Assembly: GCA_013239625.1 (NCBI GenBank)
Contig: MU054117.1
Coordinates: 994,001 to 1,058,000, forward strand
Length of the DNA stretch: 64,000 nucleotides
Direction: 5' to 3'
Origin: Lama guanicoe
Taxonomy: Eukaryota
This document shows, in pieces, positions 1-13,199 of this stretch. The position numbers and the translations under genes are program-made. The first letter of the stretch is position 1. The number at the start of each line of letters is the position of its first letter. Under the pieces are notes generated by a model. It ran no database searches and was not told the DNA's origin. It saw only the letters and a program-made list of their open reading frames with translations.

Positions 1-479
1 ACCTGCCAGCAAGGGCGGGTGACGCCGAGGGGCAGAGGCGGCGCTGGCGCAGGTGAGACTCTCCACTACCAGGTGGGCCTGTGCAAAACCCGGGGCCACC
101 CAGGGGCTGAACTGTCCCCTCCCTTCGCCTGCTGTGGCTGTCAGCCCAGCGCCCCGCGTTCACTGAGGCCCGGGCACCAGCAGGGGCCCGTTGGGCTGGG
201 CTCCCCCTACTCTTGGTCTCCTGTCCCGAGAAGCTGGGGACGCGTGTGTCGCAAGGAAAGGGCCACAGCAGAGCCAGTTATCCCTGACCCACATGTGGAG
301 GGGAAGGAGACAGAAAGCTCTGTGACGGTCAGTTGGCCCCAGTTCAGGGGGGGCAGGGAGCCAGGGAGGCAAGGGATGGATTCTTTAACCGAAAGGCAAC
401 ATAAAGATCATAAAAAGAACCAAAGAGCTGGTCTGAGCTGCAGTGTGGGTGGACACAGTGCTCAGCGAACAAGCCAGAC

Positions 480-720
480 ACAGAAGTTCTCCCACCGAAG
501 GGTCTGCTGTGTGAAAAGTCCAGAAGAGGTCAGGGTGGTGGCTGATGGGGGTGGAGAGGGGCTGCTGCGGGCACAGGGTCTCCTCCAGGAGGGGCCAGAG
601 TGCCTTGGGTCTGCAGAGAAGTGACAGGCACACAGCGCGGTGAGTGTCCTTAGTGCTGCAGAACCGGACGCTGAAACCGGCTGATTTCATGTCAAGGGAA
701 TCTCACTTCAGTGAAGAAAT
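480..720 (+). mobile_element. Old L1 3'-end fragment (L1MB/ME-like), GC-shifted
   Basis: Degenerate resemblance to an L1 3'UTR layout (gaaaagtccagaagagg...gggtctcct...gtgagtgtccttagtgc...gaatctcacttcagtgaag). Recalled consensus; boundaries approximate. Confidence 0.45.
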
Positions 721-1039
721 GCTTCAAAGGCAACATGAACCAGAAGTGGTTTCGGGATGGACTGTGGCCCCGCGGGGCTGTGGGAGGCGTGTCAGATTCC
801 CACTCTCCATTTGGAAAATCCGCTAAGGCTGAGCAGGGCATCCCCCAGCTCGGGGACATAAGGCAACGGCCTGGGACCCTGCCCCTCCCACCACACGGTA
901 ACCGCTTTACCAGACACGGGGTCGGCCTCAGCCGCCGTTTACAGAACCCACAGGCTACAGTGCGTCCAAGGGCGAGTCCCAGAGAGCCAGGCTGTGGAAC
1001 GCCTGACAATACACTTTTATTTTCATTTATGTATGTACG

Positions 1040-1320
1040 CATTTTTTGTTTGCGGTGTGGCGGGTTTATAGCCTGTCAGTCTCTGTCGCACAGCAGCAGG
1101 ACTCAGCCCGGCATGCGTATTCTCTTCCATCCATTCTAGGTCACTGCGAGGTACCGCATCCAGCTCCCTGTGCTGTGCAGCAGGAGTATGCGTGTGTTGT
1201 TTATGCATTTTACATGTGACAGTGCCTGCAGATCCCCAGCTCCCGGTTTACCCCCCACCCCTTCATCTCCCCCGGTAACCACAAGTTTGTTTTCTGTCTG
1301 TGACTCCGTCTGTCTGTCTG
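1040..1320 (-). mobile_element. L1 3'-tail fragment (laurasiatherian L1MA9/L1_Art-like)
   Basis: Contains the antisense hallmarks ccctgtgctgtgcagcagg and ggtaaccacaagtttgttttctgtctgtga. Confidence 0.7.
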
Positions 1321-4300
1321 ATACGAACTTTTACACACAGGACAGTGCTTACTGCGTGTTTACCTCTGGCCACACCTGAAGTGGGAAGTCAGGAAAGCAG
1401 CCCTTCCGGAACTTCCTCCCAACGCGCCCCCGCTTGCCTGGGCAGGCTCCGTGCACTCGGGCAGCAGTGTCACCGTGGAGTGAAGACCTCAGAAAACACC
1501 TCTTCATTGATCGAAGCCTGTGCACCTCAGGCCGAGAGAAGGCGACTCGAGCTCCAGACCAGCCTGTTCCTCGGCGTGACACCTTGTGCCGTCCCCGGGC
1601 TGGACACACAGTGAGTACTTGGAGATCCTGCTCCAGGGGAGAGGAAACCCCTGGAAAGCCAGCTTCCCGCCTCTCAGTCCTGTCCTCTTTCCGAGACGCC
1701 TCACCACCCCTCCGAGAGACAATTCGGTGTAATGGAGACCAGCGAGCAGGGAAACGCCAGGTCAGGCCGCCGAGGTCACGGGAGGGGCTGGGGAGCCGGG
1801 TCACTTCACGTGGTTTGGCCTTTTTCATCGCTGGCGCCCTGGGCTGGGCCACGTCCACTCAGAAGGGAGCATCTGCATTCAGCTGGCTTTCCTGAGGGAC
1901 CGAACGCGGGCATCAGGGGAGCATGCATATCCGCTCCCAGCTGGCCCCTCCGGGGACAGGCCGGAGCCCCGCTGCAGCTCTGGGGCCCGCCCTCAGCCCC
2001 CACCCGCCCGCATCTGGCCGCATCTGCCCACCTCCTCCTGCATCTGCCGCGGGCTGGGACGAGGAGAGCGAGGCAGCTCCGGAGGAAGCTCTCGCTCAGC
2101 AGGTGGAAGAAGTCCCTCCGGGGACTCCCGGAGGCTCGTTGTCCCTGTCAACTGCTATCATGTGCCCATAAATTTCATCTGACAGCAAGCACAGTGTCAA
2201 AGGAGCAGAGTAACAAAAATCAGAAATGCACGAGCCTCCCTGCCAGGCCTTGGCGCGCGCTCCGCGGGTCACAGCGCGGATGCCGGGAAGGAAGGGCGCC
2301 CCACCTTAGCCCCGACACCCGCTGGGCTTCCCAGGGGGTGAGATCCAGAGCCACCGACGGGGAGCAGCTTCTCAAGGTCACCCCCAAACACACGAACCGT
2401 CAGACGCACAGCGCACTGCACGCCCTGCGCCAACAAAACAGACGGGTCATTTGCCAGCTGGGTTGTTTGTTTTCAACGCCAGACCCGGAACGGGTTACTG
2501 AAGTTCGGGGCTCAGTGTGAGATGGACACACGGGCTCCCTGCTCAAAATGTGTTGAGAATTTCAAGACGGGGGCAGCAGAGCATTAAACCGGGCTCAGAG
2601 CCCTTCCAGGCGGGGGCTGTCCTCGAAGCCAGCCCCACGCGGGCCCCACCCTCTGTTGCGTCCTCCTCTTCACCACGCAGAGCATCCTGTTTGTTAGGTC
2701 CTCTGGCTCTGGGTCCACAATACCTGCATGCAAATCCCCATTGCCTCTGGCTGGAGCCTGGGTGACCCTGAGCAAGGGGTCGAGCTCCCGGCCCCAGGTC
2801 CCCAGCCGTGAGCCAGAAAGCACAACACAGGAAGTGGTGCACGCGGAGCTCCTGGTAGGTAGTGAGCCCCCGATCGGCTATTATTATTGCTGCCTGGCAG
2901 GAAGCCCGAAGATCACGGATGCGCGGAGCGGTGGCTGGTGATCCGGTGATATGGGGACATCCTTCTCTGAGTGCAGCGTGTGGCTCTTTCTGCGCTCACT
3001 CGAGGCGCTGTCCTGCGAGAGACTTGGGTATGGCCCTGAGAGGTCAGATCCCAGTGGGCAAACACAGGTCTCGCAGGAGGAAAAACTTCCCAAGACACCG
3101 TCTGTTGAGACGGCCTCACGGGTCCTCCACCTTCCCGGGCACCCAAGGAGGCTGCGCCTCGTGCAGGTGAAGCGCCGACTTGTGTTGTAGGCAGATGGCC
3201 CCCAGGGGCCCTTCCACCCTCGGGTGTTGTGGATCCGAGGGGTTTCGCTGTCTCTCCTGCAGCCACAGGGCCTAATTCCACTCCCTCCACGGCTCCCACC
3301 AGAGCAGCCCCTCGTCGCACTAAAAACGAAGTCATCTGAGAGCAGTCAAGCAGCGGTGAGTGGTGTCCCCTCACGCAGAGGCCACCCCGTCCTGCCTCCG
3401 TCCCCAGCAGCTCCCCTCTGCTTCTCCCCTGCCCCTCCCTCACCCCCCCGACCCCTCCATTCCGCACCGGCCCAGGGACACTGCAGACAGACACAGTCTG
3501 GAGCCACAGCAGTGACCCAGCGAGTCACAGCCTGGCCTTGGCTGTTTTCCCTTCAGGAGCATCCGCGGAAGTCAGGGACCCCGCCTCTCAGGAGAAGGGG
3601 GTAGATCTCACTCCCCCCTTAGGCGATGGTTAAGGGAGGGTTCATGTTTTTTAAAATTAGGAACTTGGGGCGGCTGCTTGCATGCTCCTCAGAGAGCCAG
3701 GTTAGGCAGAGCCCCAGCGTGGCGGGGAGGGCCGGCTCCCCCGGCGTTTTACCTGGCGGCTCTGCTCACGGGTGAGTTTGAGCGCCGTGTGTTTCAAACC
3801 AGCCCCTGCCAGGTGTTGGTCAAACTGAACTGAATTTTCTTCCCAAGTTAGCTGAGTCACACTCGTTAAGATAAAGGGCCCCATTCACTCTGCAGCATCA
3901 CCGCTCTCTGTGCAACGCCTGGCGGGGCTCCGGCCCGAGTGCGGGGGCAGGTGTTTGCCCGCAGCCTCGAAGGCCATCGTTCCCGGCCCCTTGCTTTGAC
4001 CCCAACTGCCCCCAGCACCTCCACTCCCCTTTTCCTAGAAGAGGTGTGCAGGGCCGCTGGAGCCAGCTCTCAGAGGAGCCTGTTACACTTTCAGAAATTG
4101 TGCAACCGATTGTCAAACAGAGCCAGCAGTAAAGGTGAATTTTATGTCCGCTTACAATGACACAGAGGACGTTAAGCACAAAGGGAAGAAGTACTCAAAA
4201 GTTGACCACTTCCTGACTATTCTCCTGCGTCGGGCCGTGCTCTTTCTTCTGGAAGTTATTCACGTCCGTCATCTGTGTGATGGAAGCAGCCCCCACGCCT

Positions 4301-5269
4301 CGGGGTCCCTCTGCCGCCCCTCCCAGCCCCAGCCAGCAGTGCCGGGGCTGCGGTCCGAAATCAAGTCACAGGAGGGTACTGACAGCAGGACGTCAGCGCA
4401 TGCGGCTCACCGGCCCTCAGCGCGGTGTTCTGTTACTTGTTGAGACTAGGGGTCTGCGGATTCCGGCCAGTGGTAGGCGCTTGAGCAAAGAATGGTGTTC
4501 ATATTGTAAAGGGCTGTGAAAGCGTTCCGAACCTCACTTTGGTGGAGCCGTGAATGTCATGGCAGCTTGAACGGTGACCGATGGCTTGTCTCACCTGTGG
4601 TGCTGAGCCTCCACCAGCGTGCACGCCTCCGCCGTCCGCCCCTGGCTGAGAGTGACGGTCAGCAGGAGGACTCGAGGGACAACGACTTGGATGGCCCGCA
4701 GGCAGATGGACTCCACAGTCTGCCACCAGAGCCGTGTCAGCCCCACACACCCAACGGCAGTAAAATTATGTTTTGATTACGAGAAGCATCAGAGAAGGGA
4801 AAAAAAGACAAAAACAGCACCCATCTTCGCATCCCAGTGCTAAGTGGACACCTGGCAGTTATCCAGGTCACCAGACCCAGGGAGCCAGCCACACCGCCCC
4901 AGCCCTCCCCGCCCTCCGAAAGTCTGCTTGGAGCCTCACACGCTGCCTTGCCAAAATTGACCGAGTAATTACAAAGTCTAACTGTGGCCTTTTATTTTTC
5001 TAAGGGCGCTAATTCATCTTGTGTCATCCTGAAAGCCACAAATGCTTGAGAGCCTTGAAGGCGCTGCCCTCATTTAAAGGCCAGCCCAGTAAGTATCAAC
5101 CAACCTCTGTAGATGTTTGCAAAGAAGGCAGTAATTACGTCTCCGAGAAGCGAGCATCTCGGCTGCTCCGACCCCTCTTCCCCTCCTACCCCCAGCGTGC
5201 CCCACGTTTCTGAAAACACAAGCGTCAGAGTCCCAGCCCCGGCCAGGCCTTCATATCGCCTCCTCCCCT

Positions 5270-6422
5270 CACGATTACTCAGTCTCCAGCCCTACCCAGT
5301 TTCCACACTGCAGCCAGAATCGTCTTTCTGACAATCTTCTGAAACTCCGATGTCGCTTCTCCTTTAAACACCCTCCAGCTCAGCCCCTTGCCTGGAGAAC
5401 AGACTCGAAATCCCAAAGTCCAAGCCGGGTCCGGGCAGCCTCCCCAGCACCGGGCTCCAGTCTGTCTTTCCCGAGTTCCAGCCTCGACAAGCAGGCAGTA
5501 TCTAAGTCAGCGGCTCCCACACTTTGAAGTCACCGGGGAGCCTGAATAATCCTCGCGCCCAGGTCACGTCCCGTATCAAGTCGACCAGAGTCCCGGGGTG
5601 AAGCCAGCGTCTGGCCCCTTAGTTAACACCAAAACTGTGATAATTTTTTCGGTCATCCAGATTGCCTGGAGAACTAGGAACGGTTCTTAGAGCCATTTTC
5701 CTTTCACAAACCTATTGTCATAATAAACCCACGGGACAATAGCTTGTTTCAGTGCATCTCCTCCGTAAGCTTTAGGCTCCTGGAAGACGGGGTCTGTGTT
5801 TAAAGTTTCTGTTTTATGGGTGATATTTAGACAGTATTTGGCAGCTCATGGACATCTGTGAATGAAAATTACCGCTGGCCTTATCACTAAACAAAGGACC
5901 CTGCGGCCACCGAGTCATCAGCCACTCCCGCCCCCACCCCTGCCCCGCCCCCTGGCCACGGCAGTGAGGGGAGGGAACTCAGGACGCAGACAAGCAGGCA
6001 GCCCAGCCTCTGCTGCCACCCCCAGCAGTGCCCTAGTGGACACTCAGGACAAGGAAGAAAAGGACGCTGGCCCTGGAGAGCTCAGGTGCACATCGAAGGG
6101 TGATTTCAATGAGCCCAGACTCTTGCAGCTTCCCGTGTATAGAAAAGCACCAATTTCCTTAACTTGAGATGCCCGGCTTTCTTTAATTCATGGTAATCTT
6201 TAGGTGTTCCAACCACCTGGTCTTTGTTGCAAAAACCCTAGTATATCCCGGCTCCTCCCCCAGAGCCGTCTGAGGGGCCGCCCCCCAGGCTTGAAGTCCG
6301 CAGAAAGTCCGCCAAACAAAACATCATTTTCAACTTTCAGATGGTGCATTTTTTTCAGTCGACACACCCAACGGATGTTTGTCAAATGAAAGAAGAAATG
6401 AATGAGCAGATGAATGAATGAA
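5270..6422 (+). mobile_element. Fragmented L2 3' region, interrupted by a MER5-like piece (~5508-5620) and a solo LTR
   Basis: Pyrimidine-rich L2-like text, with a terminal (GAAT)n tail at 6385-6422. Confidence 0.5.
5857..6364 (+). mobile_element. Solo ERV1-type LTR (~508 bp)
   Basis: Starts TGTGAATGAAAA and ends TTTTTCAGTCGACA. Flanks CATC/CACC form an imperfect 4-bp TSD. TATA-like GTATAT near 6241 and a degenerate polyA signal (AACAAA) near 6315. Confidence 0.7.
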
Positions 6423-6654
6423 CGATACCACGCAGGAGACCCTGAGGTAGGATGACGTTTGGGAGGTCTTCAAGCTCAGGAGTGAGGACCAAGGCCGCAG
6501 GTGTCATCTCGAAGCACAAGGCACCCTTCACACCGACGGGGTCACCGTGGGCCTCGACAAATGACCACGCTGGGCAGAGCATCGCCCGGAAGTCGGGACC
6601 CCGGAGGCCCGTCCCGCTCCGCTGTTCACAAATCTCCGTCTCAGTCATTCATTT

Positions 6655-6830
6655 TCATTAAGTACTCGACACGTCTCAGGTGCTTTACCTGCATCTTTTC
6701 GTTGCTGTTTGGTTCTCAGTAAGAATCCTACAAAGTCACTGTCGTTAATAACCTCATTTCACAGGGAAGGAGACTGAGGTCTATGCGGGGTAAGCAGATT
6801 GGCCAAGGGGAGCCAGGTTTGAACCCAGGA
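6655..6830 (-). mobile_element. MIR SINE
   Basis: Core motif cctcatttcacagggaaggagactgagg...ccaggtttgaacccagg. Similar degraded MIRs near 8100-8300, 11390-11540 and 24230-24440. Confidence 0.7.
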
Positions 6831-8857
6831 GGCTCGTTCTTGGTACAAAGGTCGCCGCCAGGCTGCAGTCAGAATCACCCTGAGAGCCCCCGGCCCAGCC
6901 CCTCACCTGGGGGAGGCTCCTGTTTAAGGGCCCCCAGCGCTCTGCCGTGGCCAGGCGGAGGACCACCGCCCTGGGCTCTCCACTCCCGGCGGAGGGCCGT
7001 TTCCAGGGAGGCTGCATGCCCAGAGGGCACGCAGGCCTGTCTTGTTCTCTGCGGTGTTCGGCGCCTGTCCGGCTACAGAGCGTAGCGAATGTTCATCGAG
7101 TGAACAAGCGATTACAGGCTCCCTGACTGACGAATGCAGCGTACTTGCCGCCCGTTCCTCCTCGGGGACAGGGGACATGAGCCGCTCCGTGCACTGCAAG
7201 AGCTCCCCCAGCTGAGGCTAAACGCGGCTTGTCTGGGTTAAATGAGGTGTTTGCCGCTGTTTTCTTACAGGCCCCTGTAATTCTTAACAAGAAAGCCAGA
7301 CGCCGACTTCCGTGTTTGTGGGTCTTTAAAAAAGTATGAGTTCCAGCGGAGCCAGAGGCAGCCACCCACCCCGAGGCACCTCCGGCGGGCGGGCAGGGTC
7401 ACGGTCACGCCTCCCGGGTCTTCAGAGCAGCAGCAAAGGTGGAGCTCCAAGAGGCCACTTGTCCCCCACAGGCAGTGCGGACAGCACCCTGCCCTTTAAC
7501 CTTCGAACTAGCTCCAGGGGAACGGGCTGCCGTCAGGCTTTGTCCACAGAGGAAGCCGACCGCCTCTGGACGCCCAGACCCCGGCTGAAACCTCCTGTTC
7601 TACCGCCACCTCGAAGCTCAGTGCTTCAGAGAGCTCGCTCAGCAACACTCACGAGGGCCGCAAACCTGAGTGCCGCCACCTCCGCGTGACGGGTGAGGAA
7701 GGCTGGTCTGCCTTCAGCTCGATTCGCCCACAGTCACGGGAATGCAGCATGGCCATTCCGTAAGCAGGCTGCCCCCCCGCCGCCCACCTGCCCTCCGGGG
7801 GGACCGGGTACAGACCCTGGGATCGCCGTGGTTCCTGCAGTGTGGACCTGAGTCCCGGGCCCGAGATTCCAAGGCAGCACAGAAATGAGTCAGGGGCCTG
7901 GCAGTGGTAATACCGTGGAAAATTAAGAATCACAACCATCAGTGAGCTAATTCTGCACCTTGCGTTACCACGCTTTGTCCTGTGCCCGGGGTGTTTTCAT
8001 GAACGATAAAGCACCACGTTTGCTCTAGAAGTGAGTACGGCGCCCCCAACCAGGATACAAACCCTGCTGTTGCCAAGTGCTGCGTCACGGGCGGATCACC
8101 GCGGGGCCCTGCCTCGTAGTCTCAGCCCTTCACACAACCCATGCTCGGTTCTCACGACCCCCCCAAGAGGCCGACCCGACCATCGCTCCTACTCTGTAGA
8201 TGAGGACAGTGAGGGCCGAAGTGTCACAGGGCCCCCGAGGCGCCATCGCGAGGAGGAGGCTACAGACCCGGGCCTCTGACTCCAAAGCTCACGCTCTTGC
8301 TCATGACACGGTATTTGTCTCCAAAAAAGAAAGACGTTAAACCACTGGGACTAAAGTAAATTCTCTGTAGTTTAGGGAGATTGAAGGAACCCCAAATCCC
8401 AGAAAAAGCAGTCAGCTAAGGTGCTCAGAAAGATTTCTGGCCACAAAGGGTTCCCCTAAGCACTAGGCCAGGAATCCCGGTGACAAACGACGGTGACAAA
8501 CAACGCGAGTGGAGACACAGGTCAGATCCAGCCACGTAAATCCTGAGGGAGCATCGCAGCTCTCCCCTGTCCTGGAAGTTTATCTCGTTAAGAATGTCTC
8601 TCCAGCTGCTGGAGTGCCCACTGACGCTCCCTCGTCTGCACACCGCGATTTAACCCTTGACCAAATGTTACCTTTTATCGTCACTGTTTTCCACAGATAC
8701 CGCTCTGCCTCCTTGACCAGATGGCAGTAATGTGGCTTCATCCTTTGTAGCCCTTTCCAATCTAACGTGTAGCTTACGGCGCACACACACGGGTGCCTAC
8801 TGAGCACGCGGGAGGCTCTTGATGCAAGTTATGTGCTGATTTGTTAGACAGTACAGG

Positions 8858-9045
8858 CCGGGGATCAGCCAGCTTGGTCTGTCAAGGACCGGAGAGCAAG
8901 CATTCCAGGCTTCGAAGCTGTCTGGTTCTGCCGCAGCCCCTGACGTCTGCTGCCGCAGGGTGAAGGCAGCCATCAACAACGCCACGGTGTGGCTGTGCCC
9001 CCATGAAACTTCATGGACAAAGCTGGCAGAGGGCCCTGGGCCCTG
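8858..9045 (-). mobile_element. MER58A-like hAT DNA transposon
   Basis: Follows the reverse of the recalled MER58A consensus (…aaggcagccatcaacaac…gtggctgtgcccccatgaaacttcatggacaaa…). Confidence 0.7.
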
Positions 9046-10599
9046 GCCCAGCAGAGACCAGCTCTGACTGGCCTGCGGGACGAGTCTGGGAACGCCCTCA
9101 AGTCTCAGCACCATGGCAGCAGGTCCTGTGCCCCCTCAGGCCTCCAGCCCCTTTCCAGGGTCCCAGCTCCTGACCAAGTCTAGTGTTCTTCCAAAGCCGC
9201 TCACCTTGGACTTTACACAGTATGTTCCTCTGGGGCTTCAGACATCAGTTTAGAAAGAGAAAAATCAATCACAAAGTGAAGATCGACCCAGTAGGGTGCA
9301 ACAATAATAAATAATTAGAAAATTCTTCAACTGCCTTCCACCCGGGAACCTGACACTTTTCCAGACTGCTTCTCACGGAGCCCCGTGGAAGTCATCATGG
9401 ACAGTTTCACCGGGATTAAAAATCTGATCGCCCTGCAGGAGGCCGTCTGAAGGACAGCAGGGATAAACAGCCCTCCCTCCCGACAGCACTCGCCTTCCTC
9501 TGAGAAGAGAGACACAGCCAGGGAAAGGAGGAAACCCTTTCTCTTTCCTGCTGAAAGAATTCAGCCCTCAGCTTCGAGATAGCATCTAAAAGTCCTCAAC
9601 CGGCTGCTGCCTTGACCTAATTTCAGTACACATTCAGACTGTTCAGGACTGTTTCTGGGCTGCTCTGCGTGTTCGTAAAGATCGCAGCACCTGACGTGGC
9701 TGGAGGTGGCCGAACACGGCTCCACAAACCTGGAGCTGGGAGGCATCCTTCCAGCTGGCTCCCTCAGGACCCCACACGCCTACTTAATGTGAGAGGCAGC
9801 CCCAGATTCCAGCAGGCAATGCACTGACAATGCCTGCAGCCCTCCCGGCCCCAGGACAAGACTCCGCAAGGTGAATCGGCCACATTAATTAATAGCACCC
9901 TCCGTCCCAGGACACGGAGGTGCGTGTGTTCCCAGACACACGGCAGGCGGGCCCTGCAGTGTCCTCGTCCCTCCCGCGGGGCAGTCAGGAATCGGAGGCT
10001 TGTCTTCTGCCGCTGACCCTCCCTCCCCCACCACCCCAATCCCAGGCCCTCGCTGTCACCAGGGGCTGGGCTCATACACATCGCAGTCCGGTCTCTGTGT
10101 CTCCTGCCTGTCATCACTTCGTTTGGAATCAAAGGCTCTTCCTCGTGTCAGAGCATGCTCTGGGCAGAACTGAAAAGATGTGATTGTTGAGCATAAAAGG
10201 AAGAGATTTTATGGGCAGAGAGAGACAAAGAGCGATGAGGAGAGAGTGTCCAAGGATTGTCGCCACTGAGAAGAGCTCTGGCCTCCCCAGGCCCTCACCC
10301 GGCCAGGTGAGCAGAGGCGTAGCCCAGAGCTGCGGGGCCCAGACTGAGGAAGTCCTGCCCTTCCTCCAGGCCACATCCTGCTCTGCAAAGCCCTGCCCAT
10401 CAGGCCCTTCCCTCCCCACATCTGCCCCTTCCCATTCCGCTCAGAGTTTCTCTGATGATTGCTTCAAATCTTAACCCCTTTGCCAACCCATGTAACACTG
10501 GGCTGTATCTCCTACGTTATTCCTTCCTCTGTTTGTGGACCTCCTGATAAACGTGTCTTAGCCCACATCCTCTATCAAGTAACAATATTGGGAATGCAG

Positions 10600-10688
10600 T
10601 GCTCACAGCAGCACAAGTTACAGCAGCCAAGACATGGAAGCAACCTAAACATCCACGGACAGATGACTGGATAAAGAAGAGGTGGGCG

Positions 10689-10730
<42 letters not shown>

Positions 10731-11250
10731 TGTGTATATATATATATACATTTTATATATATATAAAATGCAATACTACTCAGCCATAAAAAGAATGAAA
10801 TAATGTCATTTGCAGCCACATTGTTGGACCTGGAGATTGTCATACTGAGTCAAGTACATCAGACAGAGAAAGACAAAATATCATATAATATCACTTATAT
10901 GTGGAATCTTAAAAAAACAATACAAGTGAACATATTTACAAACCCGAAATAGACTCATAGACATAGAAAACAAAGTATGGCTACCAAAGTGGAAAGCTGA
11001 GGGGTGGGGGGATAAATTAGGAGTTTGGGGTTAACGTATACACACTAGTATATATAAAATAGATAAACAACAAGGACCTGCTGTACAGCACAGGGAACTA
11101 TATTCAATGTCTTGTAATAACCTGTAATGGAAAAGAAGCCAAAAAAGAATGTGTACGTGTATATGTATGTGTGTAACTGAATCACTCTCTGTGCACCTGA
11201 ACCTAACACAACATAGTAAGTTAACGGTACTTCAATAAATTACAAAATAT
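10600..11250 (+). mobile_element. L1 3' end containing a (GT)n(AT)n microsatellite
   Basis: agccaagacatggaagcaacctaaa…tactactcagccataaaaagaatgaaataatg…cacagggaactatattcaa…acttcaataaa. Confidence 0.9.
10689..10770. repeat. Compound (GT)n/(AT)n microsatellite
   Basis: Directly visible in the sequence. Confidence 0.95.
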
Positions 11251-11895
11251 ATGTATAAAGAATGAACTGCCTTGAGATCTAACCTGCTCCTTGTCACTTA
11301 AGCAGAAATCTGTTGTGATGATTTGAACACGGACGAGGTAATTAGTCAGTGGGCTTCTGTTGGAAATGATAAGGATGATGCTGGTAATTATAACAGTAAC
11401 AGCCTTCTCACTTGCAGAACACTTTACACGTCGCAGAGCCTTCCCGGGTACATTCTCTTCTCACGTGAGCTCATGTACCCTACAAGAGGTGATATTATTA
11501 TCCCCAAGTCGCAGGTGAGGTCACACAGATAAAAATAAGTTAAACTAGTTTTCCTTTCCAGGGAGCTGCCCTTTCTGCTGGGCTCTGCAGCTTAAAAAAG
11601 AAATGAAGCACGCAGAAAACTGATAACGCATAGCGGCGAGCCGTCCCCTCCCCTGGGAGGCAGAGGGCACCAGCACCTCACCTGTGTCACCCCTCGGCAT
11701 AAAACTCTGAGGATGCAGGACAGTTTATACAGGCAGCACAAACAAGGCATCAGAGGCTGCCTACGTCACTTTGGAGGCACAAACTCTTAGGGGCATCCTG
11801 GAAGCTCCTCTTTCCCCTTCATTTCAATACATCCTACTACTGGACAAATGCAAAATTTGGAAGGAACTTACACAGTAAAGAAATGAGTACTAATA

Positions 11896-12110
11896 TAACT
11901 ACTAGATATAAAATAGATAAACAACAAGTTCGTACTGCACAGCACAGGCGACTATGTTGAACATCTTGTAGTAGCTTATGGTGAAAAAGAATATGAAAAT
12001 GAGTATGTGCATGTTCATGTATGACTGAAGCACTGTGCTGTGCACCAGAAATTGACTCAACATTGTAAACTGACTCTACTTCAACGAAAAAATACATATT
12101 TTAAAAAAAG
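11896..12110 (+). mobile_element. 5'-truncated L1 3' tail with candidate TSD
   Basis: L1 tail ending in an A-rich run. Flanks aaagaaatgagtactaata (11877-11895) and aaagaaaagactgctaata (12107-12125) match at 16/19. Confidence 0.8.
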
Positions 12111-13199
12111 AAAAGACTGCTAATAAAACAGACTGTGCAACTATGTTTCTAGACTTTTATGCCCTAAAAAAAGTCAGTTTATATTTGCATATCAACATCC
12201 ATACATGGCCACAAAACCAAACATTTTTCAGTTATACCCCTATTTCCAAACAATGTGAACATCCTGTGTTCTTACAATTACCTTAACTGGTGAATTTTAT
12301 CTTAGTCATTCAACAGTATAAAAATCGTAGACCCAGATATTTTTTAATCATACTATAACTTTTAAATTCGAAGTGGTATACAACTTTATGCTACCAAGTG
12401 TTCGCATATATTTTATTTTATAATGAGAACTATAAAATAATCATGAAACCACGAAGTCCCCAATATTTGTTCAAGGTGTCATGATGCAGCTTCTGGAAAC
12501 CCAGTGTAAGCATGACCGCACTGGGAAAGCCAGTGGCAGTTGGAGTTTAGTGGATTTTAAAGACATTTGCCTATTTTAAATGGACTTTTACTAATACAGA
12601 GACTACAACTTAGTATATTTGGATAAGTGATGATGGTGGCCTGATTTTACAAACACAGTCTTCAAGTGGAAATCAGGCAGAAGTCTGCCTTCAACCTAGA
12701 AGGTTAGCTCTTTAAGAATGGGGGTAGGGGGAGAATTTTAAGAGAACAAAGCTCTAGGGCCAGGACAGGAACAACATTGCAATGTTGAAGCTATTATGTA
12801 TCTTCTTTTTCTGAGTGTGATGGCTAATCTTCAAGGGGTTTCCCCCTTTCTTTCTTGTTTTTCTTTGTAACAGGGAAAATTAAACAAATCTTTCCATTTT
12901 TTTCTACCTTCCTTAGAAGGTAAACTCCGAAAGATCAGGACTCGATACTGTGTGCCCTTTTACACCAACCTGGATCTCAGTAGTCTCTAAATTGTGAGCT
13001 TTAAAAAAAAAAAAAAAGCTGACATTTAATGTGTAAATTCAACTAACTCGTGGTTGAGCTCAGCAGAATCAGCATTTACAAATCTCTATTCAGGACAAGG
13101 CATCTGGCCAAGAACTAGGGAGACCACGAGGGTGTATTACGCTCTCTGAAATTATCAAAAGGTAGACTTTGCCCCTAGACTCCAAGACTCAAAGATAAA

